33,597 nucleotides of DNA from Clostridia bacterium (GTDB lineage: Bacteria > Bacillota > Clostridia > UMGS1883): the NCBI GenBank assembly GCA_036307325.1, contig JAXJXW010000097.1, positions 1 through 33,597 of the forward strand, given 5' to 3'. The translations under genes were made by a program, and so were the position numbers. The notes under the pieces are model-generated. The model saw nothing but the letters and a program-made list of their open reading frames with translations. It was not told the origin of the DNA and made no database searches. Shown here piece by piece: positions 9,499 to 18,067 of this stretch (positions are counted from its first letter, which is position 1; every line of letters begins with the position of its first letter).

Positions 9499-10383
9499 TT
9501 GTTAAAAAAACATATTTCATTATTTGCAAAGCTTTCTCTTTTGTTTGCTACGGTAATTTGGGGCACAACCTTCTTTATAATGGAAGGCACAATCCAAAAT
9601 GTAGGAATTTACACACTGCTTTCCACTCGTTTTCTCATAGCTGCCGCAGTTCTTGCCCTTATTCTTCACAAAAGGCTTAAAATCTTAAACAAGGAATACC
9701 TTATCCGAGGATTTATAATGGGCGTATTTGTAATTACGGCATATATTTTTCAGACCTATGGTTTGGCAGATGATGCAACAACCCCCGGTAAGAACGCATT
9801 TTTAACTGCGATTTACTGCATTATTGTTCCCTTTTTATTTTGGGCAATCACAAAAGAACGCCCCGATATTTACAATATTTCTGCGGCAGTTCTTTGTATT
9901 TTCGGTATAACACTGGTTTCAATTAGCGGCAATGATTTTTCAAGCATATGCCTTGGCGATTTATTAACACTTATCGGCGGCTTCTTTTTTGCTTCTCATA
10001 TGGTAGCCGTTTCACTGTTTTCAAAAAACCGTGACATTTTACTTTTAACCATGCTGCAATTTTTCTTTGCGGGAATAATCGCCATTATCCCTGCCATTAT
10101 ATTTGAACCTGCCCCCACAAATATACCGCCATCAGGTATTGCTTCGATTTTGTATCTTGCAATTTTCGCAACCTGTGTTTGCTACATACTTCAGAATGTG
10201 GGGCAAAAGTTCACACCGCCTTCAACGGCAGCACTTATACTCAGTCTTGAAGCGGTGTTCGGCGTTCTCTTCTCCGTAATATTTACCTCAGAAAGATTAA
10301 CGCCCCGATTATTCCTTGGATTTTTCGTAATATTTATAGCAATACTTATTTCTGAAATTAAACCGTCAATAAAAAAGCGGTAA
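9499..10383 (+). CDS. EamA/DMT-family transporter
   Basis: 294 aa with about 10 TM segments and two EamA-like halves. The start is a TTG. Confidence 0.8.
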   Translation: MLKKHISLFAKLSLLFATVIWGTTFFIMEGTIQNVGIYTLLSTRFLIAAAVLALILHKRLKILNKEYLIRGFIMGVFVITAYIFQTYGLADDATTPGKNAFLTAIYCIIVPFLFWAITKERPDIYNISAAVLCIFGITLVSISGNDFSSICLGDLLTLIGGFFFASHMVAVSLFSKNRDILLLTMLQFFFAGIIAIIPAIIFEPAPTNIPPSGIASILYLAIFATCVCYILQNVGQKFTPPSTAALILSLEAVFGVLFSVIFTSERLTPRLFLGFFVIFIAILISEIKPSIKKR

Positions 10384-10424
10384 TTCATAAAAACAGGTCT
10401 GTTTAAAAATTATTTGATGAAATC

Positions 10425-10467
10425 AAAAATGACTCAATCCTTTGTTTGGACTTGAGTCATTTTTTTT
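10425..10467. terminator. Bidirectional intrinsic terminator between the EamA gene and the distal end of the GRM locus
   Basis: AAAAATGACTCAA (10425-10437) pairs with TTGAGTCATTTTT (10452-10464). The stem is flanked by an A-run and a T-run. Confidence 0.6.
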
Positions 10468-10498
10468 AATTTTATATAAATGCAAAAGCAAGATTTAT

Positions 10499-11263
10499 TT
10501 ATTTAGCTTCTATCAGTTGTGTATTTGCCTCATCAAAAATCCTGTGCCACTCTTCATCCAGAGGTAAATCCGTCACAAATGTGTCAATTTCTTCAAATGA
10601 TGCCAGCTTTGCAAAGCCGATACGGTCAATTTTTGAATGCTCACACACATAAATCTTTTGTTGGGAATTTTCCATCATGCATTTTTTCATGGCGCATTCT
10701 TGTTCATTACTGTCAAGAATCCCTGCCTGAAGGGTTATGCCGCGGGAGCTGAAAAACATCTTGTTTGCAAAATACTTTTCACGCACCGCATTTTCTGCAA
10801 GACTGCCTACAAACGAAAGGTTTGAACCCACAATTCCCCCCGTTCCGATAAGCTTAATTCCGTCAACGCCTGAAAGCTCCTCCATTGTTTGGAGTGAATT
10901 TGTAATAACGGTTATGTTCTGCATCCCTTTAAGCTCACGAGCAAGAAAAAAGGTTGTTGTTGAAGCGTCAAGAAAAATCGTATCTCCGGGTGAAATGAGT
11001 TCTGCCGCCACACGGGCAATGCATTTCTTCTCCTCAACATTAAGCTTTCTTCTTTTTTCTATAGAAGGCTCATGCTTACTGTCATCAACAGGTATTGCAC
11101 CGCCGTGAGTACGCAAAAGCTTTTCTTGCTTTTCAAGCTTTTCAAGGTCTCTTCTTATTGTTTCTTCTGCCACGCCGAACTCACTGCTGAGCCTGCTTAC
11201 AGATACTGCGCCACTTTCGTGGAGTAATTCGATTATACGCTGTTGTCTTTCAAATGCTAACAT
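10499..11263 (-). CDS. DeoR-family transcriptional regulator, last gene of the GRM locus
   Basis: N-terminal HTH (RQQRIIELLHESGAVSVSRLSSEFGVAEETIRRDLEKLE) plus a C-terminal DeoR sugar-phosphate-binding-type domain. AAGGAG lies 7 nt upstream of the ATG. Confidence 0.85.
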   Translation of the reverse strand: MLAFERQQRIIELLHESGAVSVSRLSSEFGVAEETIRRDLEKLEKQEKLLRTHGGAIPVDDSKHEPSIEKRRKLNVEEKKCIARVAAELISPGDTIFLDASTTTFFLARELKGMQNITVITNSLQTMEELSGVDGIKLIGTGGIVGSNLSFVGSLAENAVREKYFANKMFFSSRGITLQAGILDSNEQECAMKKCMMENSQQKIYVCEHSKIDRIGFAKLASFEEIDTFVTDLPLDEEWHRIFDEANTQLIEAK

Positions 11264-11289
11264 CGGAAGACTCCTTATAACATATATTT

Positions 11290-11922
11290 TTATTTACGCA
11301 CCAGTGTAACCTTATCTCCGTTTTTAAGTCCGGCACTGTTTGCATCGTCTGTGTCTATGTGCATTTCCACATTAAAGTCATCACGCACACGAATCTGCAC
11401 ATCATAAAATTTTGTGGTTTTTTCTTTACCGTGGCATATAACATCAACCATATCGCCGTCTTTTATATCGTGCTGAGACGCATATTCAGGCGTAAGATGA
11501 ATGTGACGGTTTGCTATAATAACGCCTTCCTTGAGATATACACTGCCCTTAGGCCCTACTATAACAATACGCTCACTTCCTGCCACCTCGCCCGACGGGC
11601 GAACAGGAGGGCTTACCTTGAGCACAAATGTGTCTGTTCTTGAAATCTCAACCTGAGTGTTTTTGCGGACAGGGCCAAGAACACGCACCTTTTCTATGGC
11701 TTTAAGGGAAGGCCCCACAAGAGTTACTACCTCTTCAGAGGCAAATTCCCGCCCCATAAGCGTTTTCTTTTTTGTAAGCTCATATCCCTTTCCGAAAAGT
11801 ATATCAAGATGTTCTCTTGAAAGGTGAATATGCCTCTGGGAAACGCCAACCTTTACATCACCTTGATTTTTGTACTCCTGGGAAGTCTTTTTAACAATAT
11901 CCTCTATCTGTCTTATATCCAT
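11290..11922 (-). CDS. pduL: Phosphate propanoyltransferase PduL
   Basis: Duplicated PduL motifs VGVSQRHIHLS and IANRHIHL, in BMC context. The N-terminal segment IRQIEDIVKK looks like a targeting helix. Confidence 0.9.
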   Translation of the reverse strand: MDIRQIEDIVKKTSQEYKNQGDVKVGVSQRHIHLSREHLDILFGKGYELTKKKTLMGREFASEEVVTLVGPSLKAIEKVRVLGPVRKNTQVEISRTDTFVLKVSPPVRPSGEVAGSERIVIVGPKGSVYLKEGVIIANRHIHLTPEYASQHDIKDGDMVDVICHGKEKTTKFYDVQIRVRDDFNVEMHIDTDDANSAGLKNGDKVTLVRK

Positions 11923-11933
11923 AGTTCATTCCC

Positions 11934-12209
11934 CTATGCTTCAAGATCAAAAAATTTCATTACCTCGCCGTGCGGATTGGCAATAACCTCACATCCGTAA
12001 ACATCGCCAAGCTTTGCGGCTTCTTCTCTTCCTGCCTCAACTGCCGCCTTTACCGCTGAAATCTGCCCCATGACAATAAATGTAACAAGTCGTCCGCCAA
12101 GGCGTTTTTCCGTATGTATAATACGCACCTCCGCCGCTTTAAGCATTGCGTCAAGTCCGCTTATTGCCGCTACGAGTCCCTGTACCTCGAGTATTCCTAT
12201 TGAACTCAT
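11934..12209 (-). CDS. BMC-H shell protein (single BMC domain)
   Basis: IGILEVQGLVAAISGLDAMLKAAEV...[15 protein letters not shown]. The pore-loop region reads KRLGGRL. Confidence 0.85.
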   Translation of the reverse strand: MSSIGILEVQGLVAAISGLDAMLKAAEVRIIHTEKRLGGRLVTFIVMGQISAVKAAVEAGREEAAKLGDVYGCEVIANPHGEVMKFFDLEA

Positions 12210-12541
12210 TTCTTCACCATCTTCTTGTTAAATTTATCTCTGTTAATATCAAACAGATATGCCATAGACTCAGTTTGCTTATCAGGGCGTGCAATCACAT
12301 GAGAAACAATATACTTGCCCTCACGCTGAGCGTATTCCTTGCCTGCCTCAATAGCCGCCTTAACGGAGGAATTATCGCCTTCTATTTTTACTTCCATTAC
12401 GAGAGGCGCAGGCACATCCGTTCTGATAGGTCGGTTTCTGTCAAAAGCTATTACCTCAACATCTGCCGCTTTTGCCATTACATCTGCAACACACAGAGCC
12501 GTTGTAAAGCTGTAAACCTCAATCATTCCAAGAGCTTTCAT
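12206..12541 (-). CDS. Divergent BMC-H shell protein with an enlarged pore-loop region and a basic C-terminal tail
   Basis: ALGMIEVYSFTTALCVADVMAKAADV...SSVKAAIEAG. RNRPIRTDVPAP replaces the canonical IGSG loop. The tail is NRDKFNKKMVKK. There is a 4-nt ATGA overlap with the next gene. Confidence 0.8.
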   Translation of the reverse strand: MKALGMIEVYSFTTALCVADVMAKAADVEVIAFDRNRPIRTDVPAPLVMEVKIEGDNSSVKAAIEAGKEYAQREGKYIVSHVIARPDKQTESMAYLFDINRDKFNKKMVKK

Positions 12542-12562
12542 TTATGCTTCAATCCCTTCAAA

Positions 12563-13954
12563 TTATACAATGTGAAGACCGTCTACAAGCACGCATCTTC
12601 TGCTGCGGGTAAATGAGTGTGCCGCAGTTAGACCTTCGCCTGTAGGTCCGGCAATTGTAAAGGTTGTATAGCCTTCGCCGCCGGCACCAATACCTGCATA
12701 AGAAGGTGCATTTTTAACGAAAATTGTTGTTTCAACCTCACGGGCAAAGCGTGTAAGATTATCAACATTCTTTGAATGAATGTGAGCACTGTGGCGTCTG
12801 CCTGCTTCTGCCTTAACTGCATAGTCAATAGCCTGGTCTATATCATTTACTCTTACTATGGGAAGAATTGGCATAAGAAGCTCAGTCTGAACAAATGGAT
12901 GGTTGAAATCCGTTTCGCAGATTATAAGCCTTACATCAGCTTCAATGCCAATCATCTTAAGAATTTTTCCTGCATCACGGCCAACAAGCTTTCTGTTGAT
13001 TATTTTCTTACCGTCTTTTTCAACAAGAGCAAGCTCCATAAGCTTGTCAATATCCTTGCCCTTTATCATATATGCACCGTTTTCAAGCATGCTTGAAATA
13101 AGCTCATCTGCAACGGAGGAAACAACAAAGCATTCCTTTTCCGCAATACAAGGAAGGTTATTATCAAAGCTTGCACCTGCAACAATATCTGCACCTGCTT
13201 TTTTAACATCAGCAGTTTCGTCAACAATAACAGGGGGATTGCCTGCACCTGCTCCTATTGCCTTCTTACCTGATGACAGAAGCATTTTAACAACGCCGGG
13301 GCCGCCTGTTGCAACAAGCATTTTTACAAGAGGTGACTTTACCATTTCGTCAGAGGTTTTAAGAGTAGGCTCCTTAACCGTTACCACAAGGTTTTCGGGA
13401 CCGCCTGCTTCAAGAATTGCACGGTTTACCATATCAACAGCCGCACAAGATGTTCTCTTTGCACCGGGATGAGGATTAAACACAACGGCGTTACCGCCTG
13501 CAATCATACCAATTGAGTTACATATAACAGTCTCACTGGGATTAGTGGAAGGCGTAATGCTTCCGATAATTCCGTAAGGAGCCATTTCTATAAGAGTAAG
13601 ACCTGCATCCCCTGTCATAACCTGGGGCTTAAGGTCCTCAGTACCGGGAGTTTTCTCTGCAACGAGCTGATGCTTTATAATCTTATCCTCAACTCTGCCC
13701 ATTCCCGTTTCTTCAACACCCATTACGGCAAACATTTCCGCATTTTCAAGGGTATATTTACGGATTTTTTCAATCATTTTTTCACGCTGTGCCACACTGT
13801 ACCCTCTGAACTGCTTGTATGCCTTTTCAACTGACTTGAGAGCCTCGCCCATGTCGTCAAAAACACCAAGCTGCTTTTTATCACTCTGAGCTTTTAGTCC
13901 CATTTCATTAAGTACATTTTCAACTATACTGCTGATATATTTTTCATCAATCAT
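12563..13954 (-). CDS. pduP: CoA-acylating aldehyde dehydrogenase (PduP/EutE family) with an N-terminal encapsulation-peptide-like helix
   Basis: ALDH fold with the catalytic-Cys region NNLPCIAEKE. The N-terminus is MIDEKYISSIVENVLNEMGL. I prefer the ATG at 13954. The TTG at 13969 directly abuts the upstream stop codon. Confidence 0.9.
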   Translation of the reverse strand: MIDEKYISSIVENVLNEMGLKAQSDKKQLGVFDDMGEALKSVEKAYKQFRGYSVAQREKMIEKIRKYTLENAEMFAVMGVEETGMGRVEDKIIKHQLVAEKTPGTEDLKPQVMTGDAGLTLIEMAPYGIIGSITPSTNPSETVICNSIGMIAGGNAVVFNPHPGAKRTSCAAVDMVNRAILEAGGPENLVVTVKEPTLKTSDEMVKSPLVKMLVATGGPGVVKMLLSSGKKAIGAGAGNPPVIVDETADVKKAGADIVAGASFDNNLPCIAEKECFVVSSVADELISSMLENGAYMIKGKDIDKLMELALVEKDGKKIINRKLVGRDAGKILKMIGIEADVRLIICETDFNHPFVQTELLMPILPIVRVNDIDQAIDYAVKAEAGRRHSAHIHSKNVDNLTRFAREVETTIFVKNAPSYAGIGAGGEGYTTFTIAGPTGEGLTAAHSFTRSRRCVLVDGLHIV

Positions 13955-13969
13955 GGTAACACCCCGCAA

Positions 13970-14518
13970 TTATAAAATATTCTTCCACAAATCCTGAGCA
14001 GGACTTGCAATTACCGCACTATCAAGATACATTCCGCTATCCTTTGCATTTTCCTTAGCACGCTCAATTGCCGCAGATACTGCCGCAATATCGCCTGTAA
14101 TAAGAACATACGACTTTCCGCACATACCCCGGGCAAGTCTTATTTCAATAAGCTTAACCATAGAAGTCTTTACCGTGTTATCTGCTGCCACAACTGCCGC
14201 AGCGGCACTGTATGTTTCAAAAACCCCCAGGGCTTCCACATCGCTTACCTCTGTTGCACCGTTTATTGCCGGCAGTATATCCTCATGGGGATTTCCCAGC
14301 ACAAAGCTATCAATAAGCTTTACGGGAAATTGTGTTTTGCATGCGTCAAGCGACGCTCTTACAGCGCTGAGATTTCCGGCAAACACAATCATATATTTGC
14401 CGGGGCAAACCGTACTTGCCTCTATAATTTCAACGGACGCCGTTTTTACAATTAAATCTGCAGCCTGCATACCGGCAGAAACCGTTGTATATTCAACCAT
14501 TCCAATTGCTTTATTCAT
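13970..14518 (-). CDS. pduT: Tandem-domain BMC-T shell protein, PduT-like
   Basis: 182 aa with two BMC domains. The TVCPGKYM motif matches the PduT Cys that ligates the central 4Fe-4S cluster. Confidence 0.85.
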   Translation of the reverse strand: MNKAIGMVEYTTVSAGMQAADLIVKTASVEIIEASTVCPGKYMIVFAGNLSAVRASLDACKTQFPVKLIDSFVLGNPHEDILPAINGATEVSDVEALGVFETYSAAAAVVAADNTVKTSMVKLIEIRLARGMCGKSYVLITGDIAAVSAAIERAKENAKDSGMYLDSAVIASPAQDLWKNIL

Positions 14519-14525
14519 ATATGCA

Positions 14526-15860
14526 TCATTCCCTTTCTGCAGATTTAACAGTAATTACATCATTGCTGATTTTAAGTATCGTTCCGTCTATAGGGCTGTG
14601 AATGGGAAGCCCCAATGCATTTTCGGGAGCCTTCACAATGCACTCACCCTTTTTTACCATTTGTCCCTCTTTCACTATCACATCACCGGGTTTACCGATA
14701 TTCTGCCGCATTGATATGTAGAGCTTATCGGGGCTTACAACCGCATCCGAAAGCGGCGAGGGATTATTATATTTCTCAAGACCGAGCTTTTGTCTCAATC
14801 TTGCAGTAGTCAATCTTCTCATGTTCCGTTCCCCACGGGGAACAGCTTCGATTTTGTTTGGATTTTTAAGTCCGTTTTTCATAATGCTTGCCTTGGCAAA
14901 GCCAATAAGTGTTCGTGGATTCAGTCCCTGCTTACAAGCCACCATTTCACACATTCCGCACTGAGAGCAATACTGAGTGTTTAAAAATGCCTGGGAATCC
15001 TGAGCGTCATCATTTTTCACGCCAAGCATAAATCTATGGGGTTCTATGGGGTATCCGAGAAGATACCTGGGACACATATCAGTACACATTCTGCACTGAC
15101 AACATGCTGACATTGTTCTTCTTTTAAGTATTTTTATATTTTGCCTGCGCTGAACAATAACAGGGTTATCTTCAGGCAACGCCAGAACGCCATTTGTTGT
15201 TTTTGTAACTGTTTCACCGTTTTTGGCTATGTTTCCCGTCATGGGGCCGCCGCTTAATAAAACGGTATTTTTTTCAGATTCTCCGCCTGCAAGGGCAACC
15301 AGCGTTGTAAGCGGTGTACCTATAGGCACGCAGAAGGTCTGGGGATTTTTAACGGCTCCGCCTACCGTTACATACTTATGAGTTACGCTTTCGCCGTTTA
15401 GTGCTTTATAAATATTAAGCACCGTTTCCACATTGTAAACAATAACTCCTACATCAATGGGAAGGCCCCCTGCAGGAACCATTTTGCCCGTTACATCATA
15501 TATAAGAACAATTTCATCTCCTGCAGGGTAAACCTCATGCAAATAACTTACGCTGCCGTTTTCAAAAGCGGCAATATCCCGTTCAACGGCTTCGGCCGTT
15601 GTCTGATAGCCTTTTTTCATAGCAACGAAAAATCTCTTTGCCCCAATGCATTTTGTTATTTTGTCAAGAGTGCTGATAATTTCAAAAGAATATTTGCGAA
15701 GAAGCTGACGGTGAAGCCTGAAAAGCGGTTCACACTCTGCACAATTAAGTATAATTGTTTCAGCCTTGTCGCTGAGCTTTGCATAGCTTGGAAAGCCTGC
15801 ACCGCCGGCACCTGCCACGCCGCAATCTCTCATTATGCTTTTCAGTTCGTCAACTCTCAT
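14526..15860 (-). CDS. pduS: PduS/RnfC-like flavin and Fe-S oxidoreductase
   Basis: GAGGAGFPSY nucleotide-binding motif, an SLBB-like region, and two ferredoxin motifs (CCQCRMCTDMCP and CSQCGMCEMVAC). A barrel-sandwich RnfC_N-like segment (IGKPGDVIVKEGQMVKKGECI...PIHSPIDGTI) sits at the C-terminus. Confidence 0.85.
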   Translation of the reverse strand: MRVDELKSIMRDCGVAGAGGAGFPSYAKLSDKAETIILNCAECEPLFRLHRQLLRKYSFEIISTLDKITKCIGAKRFFVAMKKGYQTTAEAVERDIAAFENGSVSYLHEVYPAGDEIVLIYDVTGKMVPAGGLPIDVGVIVYNVETVLNIYKALNGESVTHKYVTVGGAVKNPQTFCVPIGTPLTTLVALAGGESEKNTVLLSGGPMTGNIAKNGETVTKTTNGVLALPEDNPVIVQRRQNIKILKRRTMSACCQCRMCTDMCPRYLLGYPIEPHRFMLGVKNDDAQDSQAFLNTQYCSQCGMCEMVACKQGLNPRTLIGFAKASIMKNGLKNPNKIEAVPRGERNMRRLTTARLRQKLGLEKYNNPSPLSDAVVSPDKLYISMRQNIGKPGDVIVKEGQMVKKGECIVKAPENALGLPIHSPIDGTILKISNDVITVKSAERE

Positions 15861-15886
15861 TGCAATTTTCCTTTCATAAAATCAAC

Positions 15887-16147
15887 CTATATTGCGGAAA
15901 CATTATCAATAATGCCCACGATTGCAGCATCAATGGGGGCCGTTTCTTTACCCACACCGATTCGAGCCGCACTTCCTGTTGCAACAAGAACCTCTTCACC
16001 AATTCCTGCACCAACATTATCAACTGCAATAAGCTGCTTTTCACCGCCGAACTTATCCAGCGTTTCCACAATCATAAACTTGCTACCCACAAGGTTTTCA
16101 TTCTTCCGTGTTGAAACAACACTTCCGACTACTTTACCTATTAACAT
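15887..16147 (-). CDS. eutN: BMC-P pentameric vertex protein (EutN/PduN/CcmL family)
   Basis: 86 aa, MLIGKVVGSVVSTRKNENLVGSKFMIVE... Confidence 0.9.
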   Translation of the reverse strand: MLIGKVVGSVVSTRKNENLVGSKFMIVETLDKFGGEKQLIAVDNVGAGIGEEVLVATGSAARIGVGKETAPIDAAIVGIIDNVSAI

Positions 16148-16161
16148 GAAATCTCCCCCAA

Positions 16162-16515
16162 TTATTTAAGAGTGGGAAGAATTTTTTCAACATCCGTATG
16201 AGGACGAGGAATTACATGTACTGCTACAAGCTCACCGAGACGCTGAGCGTTTGCACTGCCTGCTTCAACTGCAGCCTTTACTGCACCTACATCGCCGCGC
16301 ACCATTACGCTTACAAGACCGCTACCGATCTTTTCTGTTCCGATAAGTGTTACATTTGCTGCCTTAAGCATTGAATCTGCTGCTTCAATTGCTGCAACAA
16401 GACCTCTTGTTTCTACCATACCTAATGCTTCCTGAGTCATTTTAGTTACCTCCTTCTTAATTTCAACATCAGCCTTAACTTCGGCCGGTTTTTTTGTTGT
16501 TTTGCTTTGAGCCAT
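16162..16515 (-). CDS. BMC-H shell protein (PduA/PduJ-like) with an optional Lys-rich 25-aa N-terminal extension
   Basis: The core, [30 protein letters not shown]...IGSG...VIPRPH, is near-identical to its neighbour. An internal ATG at 16440 has AAGGAGGT 7 nt upstream. The upstream ATG at 16515 has a weaker AAGGG RBS. Confidence 0.85.
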   Translation of the reverse strand: MAQSKTTKKPAEVKADVEIKKEVTKMTQEALGMVETRGLVAAIEAADSMLKAANVTLIGTEKIGSGLVSVMVRGDVGAVKAAVEAGSANAQRLGELVAVHVIPRPHTDVEKILPTLK

Positions 16516-16534
16516 TTTTATTCACCCTTTTCAA

Positions 16535-16810
16535 TTATAATGTGGGGAGAATTTTCTCAACATCTGTATGAGGGCGGGGAATTACATGTACTGCTACAAG
16601 CTCACCGAGCTTGCCTGCCATTGCGCTGCCTGCTTCAACTGCAGCCTTTACTGCGCCTACATCGCCACGAACCATAACACTTACAAGACCGCTACCGATT
16701 TTTTCTGTTCCGATAAGTGTTACCTCTGCAGCCTTTACCATTGCGTCTGCTGCCTCAATTGCTGCAACAAGACCTCTTGTTTCAATCATTCCTAAAGCTT
16801 CCTGTGACAT
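16535..16810 (-). CDS. BMC-H shell protein (PduA/PduJ-like)
   Basis: [30 protein letters not shown]...[25 protein letters not shown]...VIPRPH. AGGAGGT lies 7 nt upstream. Confidence 0.9.
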   Translation of the reverse strand: MSQEALGMIETRGLVAAIEAADAMVKAAEVTLIGTEKIGSGLVSVMVRGDVGAVKAAVEAGSAMAGKLGELVAVHVIPRPHTDVEKILPTL

Positions 16811-16846
16811 TTCGTCTACCTCCTAAATATGTTAAATATAAATTTA

Positions 16847-18049
16847 TTACTGGTTTACGATGGCGATCTTAAGACCTTCCATCTTAAGGTTTGTAACATG
16901 TGCTTCATTTATTTTATCAAGAGGGAACTTATGTGTTATAAGCTTAGACATGGGAAGACCGATTGCCTTTGCTCTCTTGAGAAAATCAAATGTTGTAGCA
17001 TAGTCACGAAGGGTATATACCCAAGAACCCACTGTTGTAATTTCCTTTGAACAAATGTCAAAGTGGGGATTTATTGTTGCGTCACCGCCATTTATAAAGA
17101 AACCAAGCTCACAAAGACCGCCGCCGTTTCTTATAAACTTATATATGTTTGCATGTGCAATGGGAGAACCTGTACACTGGAACGCAAAATCCGCAAGGTA
17201 CCCGCCGAAGGAGGCTTCAACCGCACCGGTCAAAGCTTCAACACCCTTGTGGTCCTTGAAGTTAACCGTCTTTGTTGCGCCCATTTCTTTTGCAAAGTTA
17301 AGGCGTTTATCCTCGCCGTCAACCGCAGTGATATTTTCAATACCCATTGTACGAAGCACCGCAATACAAATCAAGCCGATTGGTCCGCAGCCCTGAACAA
17401 CAACACGGCTGTTAAATCTGAGTATACCTGTTGTTTTTGCCCGTTCAACCGCATGGATTAAAACGGCGCAGGGCTCAATAAGTATTCTTGAATCAAGGTC
17501 AAGGTCACTTACATTAAATATTGTAGAGCCTTTTCTTACAACAAGATAATCGGCAAACCAACCGTTAAGATGCACATCGTCATCGGGAAGAAGCCCGTAA
17601 ACATCTGCACCGCCCACATTTTGTTTGTTCAAATCAAACATTGTGATGTCAGGATTGTCCTTAAATATCATACAGGTAACAACCTTATCGCCAATGCTCA
17701 GGCTCTTGCCTGCACTGTCACGCTTAACATTCTTACCCATCTTCACAATTTCGCCCGTGCCTTCATGGCCGAGTACAACAGGAATAAGACCGAACGGATC
17801 TCTTTTAAACTCATGTGCGTCAGTTCCGCACACGCCGCAGCCTTCAACCTTTACCAAAATATCATCATCACCGATTTCGGGAATGGGATACTCTTTAATG
17901 TCGTAATGCTCAAGAGAAGTGAGCATTGCAACACGAGAGGTTTTGGGAATACTTCCCGCAGAGGCAGATTTAGCCGCCGTTGGTGCACCGTTCATCTCAT
18001 TCAGAACCTGTTTTACAATTTCTTGTATCTTATCTGAATTGATGTCCAT
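16847..18049 (-). CDS. Zinc-dependent (MDR-family) alcohol dehydrogenase with an N-terminal encapsulation peptide and an Ala/Ser/Pro linker
   Basis: GCGVCGTDAH and GHEGTGE zinc motifs and a QGCGPIG Rossmann motif. The N-terminus is MDINSDKIQEIVKQVLNEMNG-APTAAKSASAGSIPKTS. I prefer the ATG at 18049, with AAAGGA 9 nt upstream. The track start at 18067 is a TTG directly after the upstream stop. Confidence 0.85.
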   Translation of the reverse strand: MDINSDKIQEIVKQVLNEMNGAPTAAKSASAGSIPKTSRVAMLTSLEHYDIKEYPIPEIGDDDILVKVEGCGVCGTDAHEFKRDPFGLIPVVLGHEGTGEIVKMGKNVKRDSAGKSLSIGDKVVTCMIFKDNPDITMFDLNKQNVGGADVYGLLPDDDVHLNGWFADYLVVRKGSTIFNVSDLDLDSRILIEPCAVLIHAVERAKTTGILRFNSRVVVQGCGPIGLICIAVLRTMGIENITAVDGEDKRLNFAKEMGATKTVNFKDHKGVEALTGAVEASFGGYLADFAFQCTGSPIAHANIYKFIRNGGGLCELGFFINGGDATINPHFDICSKEITTVGSWVYTLRDYATTFDFLKRAKAIGLPMSKLITHKFPLDKINEAHVTNLKMEGLKIAIVNQ

Positions 18050-18067
18050 TTTGTTCATTCCTTTCAA

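Noticed and set aside
12903-13472. A long plus-strand ORF (189 aa) lies antisense to the aldehyde dehydrogenase gene. Similar antisense ORFs occur at 14175-14714, 15537-16169, 17570-18037, 5625-6098, 10737-11108 and 22554-22928.
   Set aside because: They lie entirely inside strongly supported minus-strand genes. Their translations are low-complexity or Ser/Pro/Cys-rich with no recognisable motifs, and they lack RBS sequences. They are typical shadow ORFs.
16847-18067. The track's TTG- or GTG-extended starts for several genes (18067, 13969, 6599, 9000, 24902 and 19471).
   Set aside because: Each extension either abuts or overlaps the upstream stop codon or gene, or covers the RBS of a downstream ATG with ideal spacing. 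The shorter ATG starts are preferred, but this is not experimentally verified.
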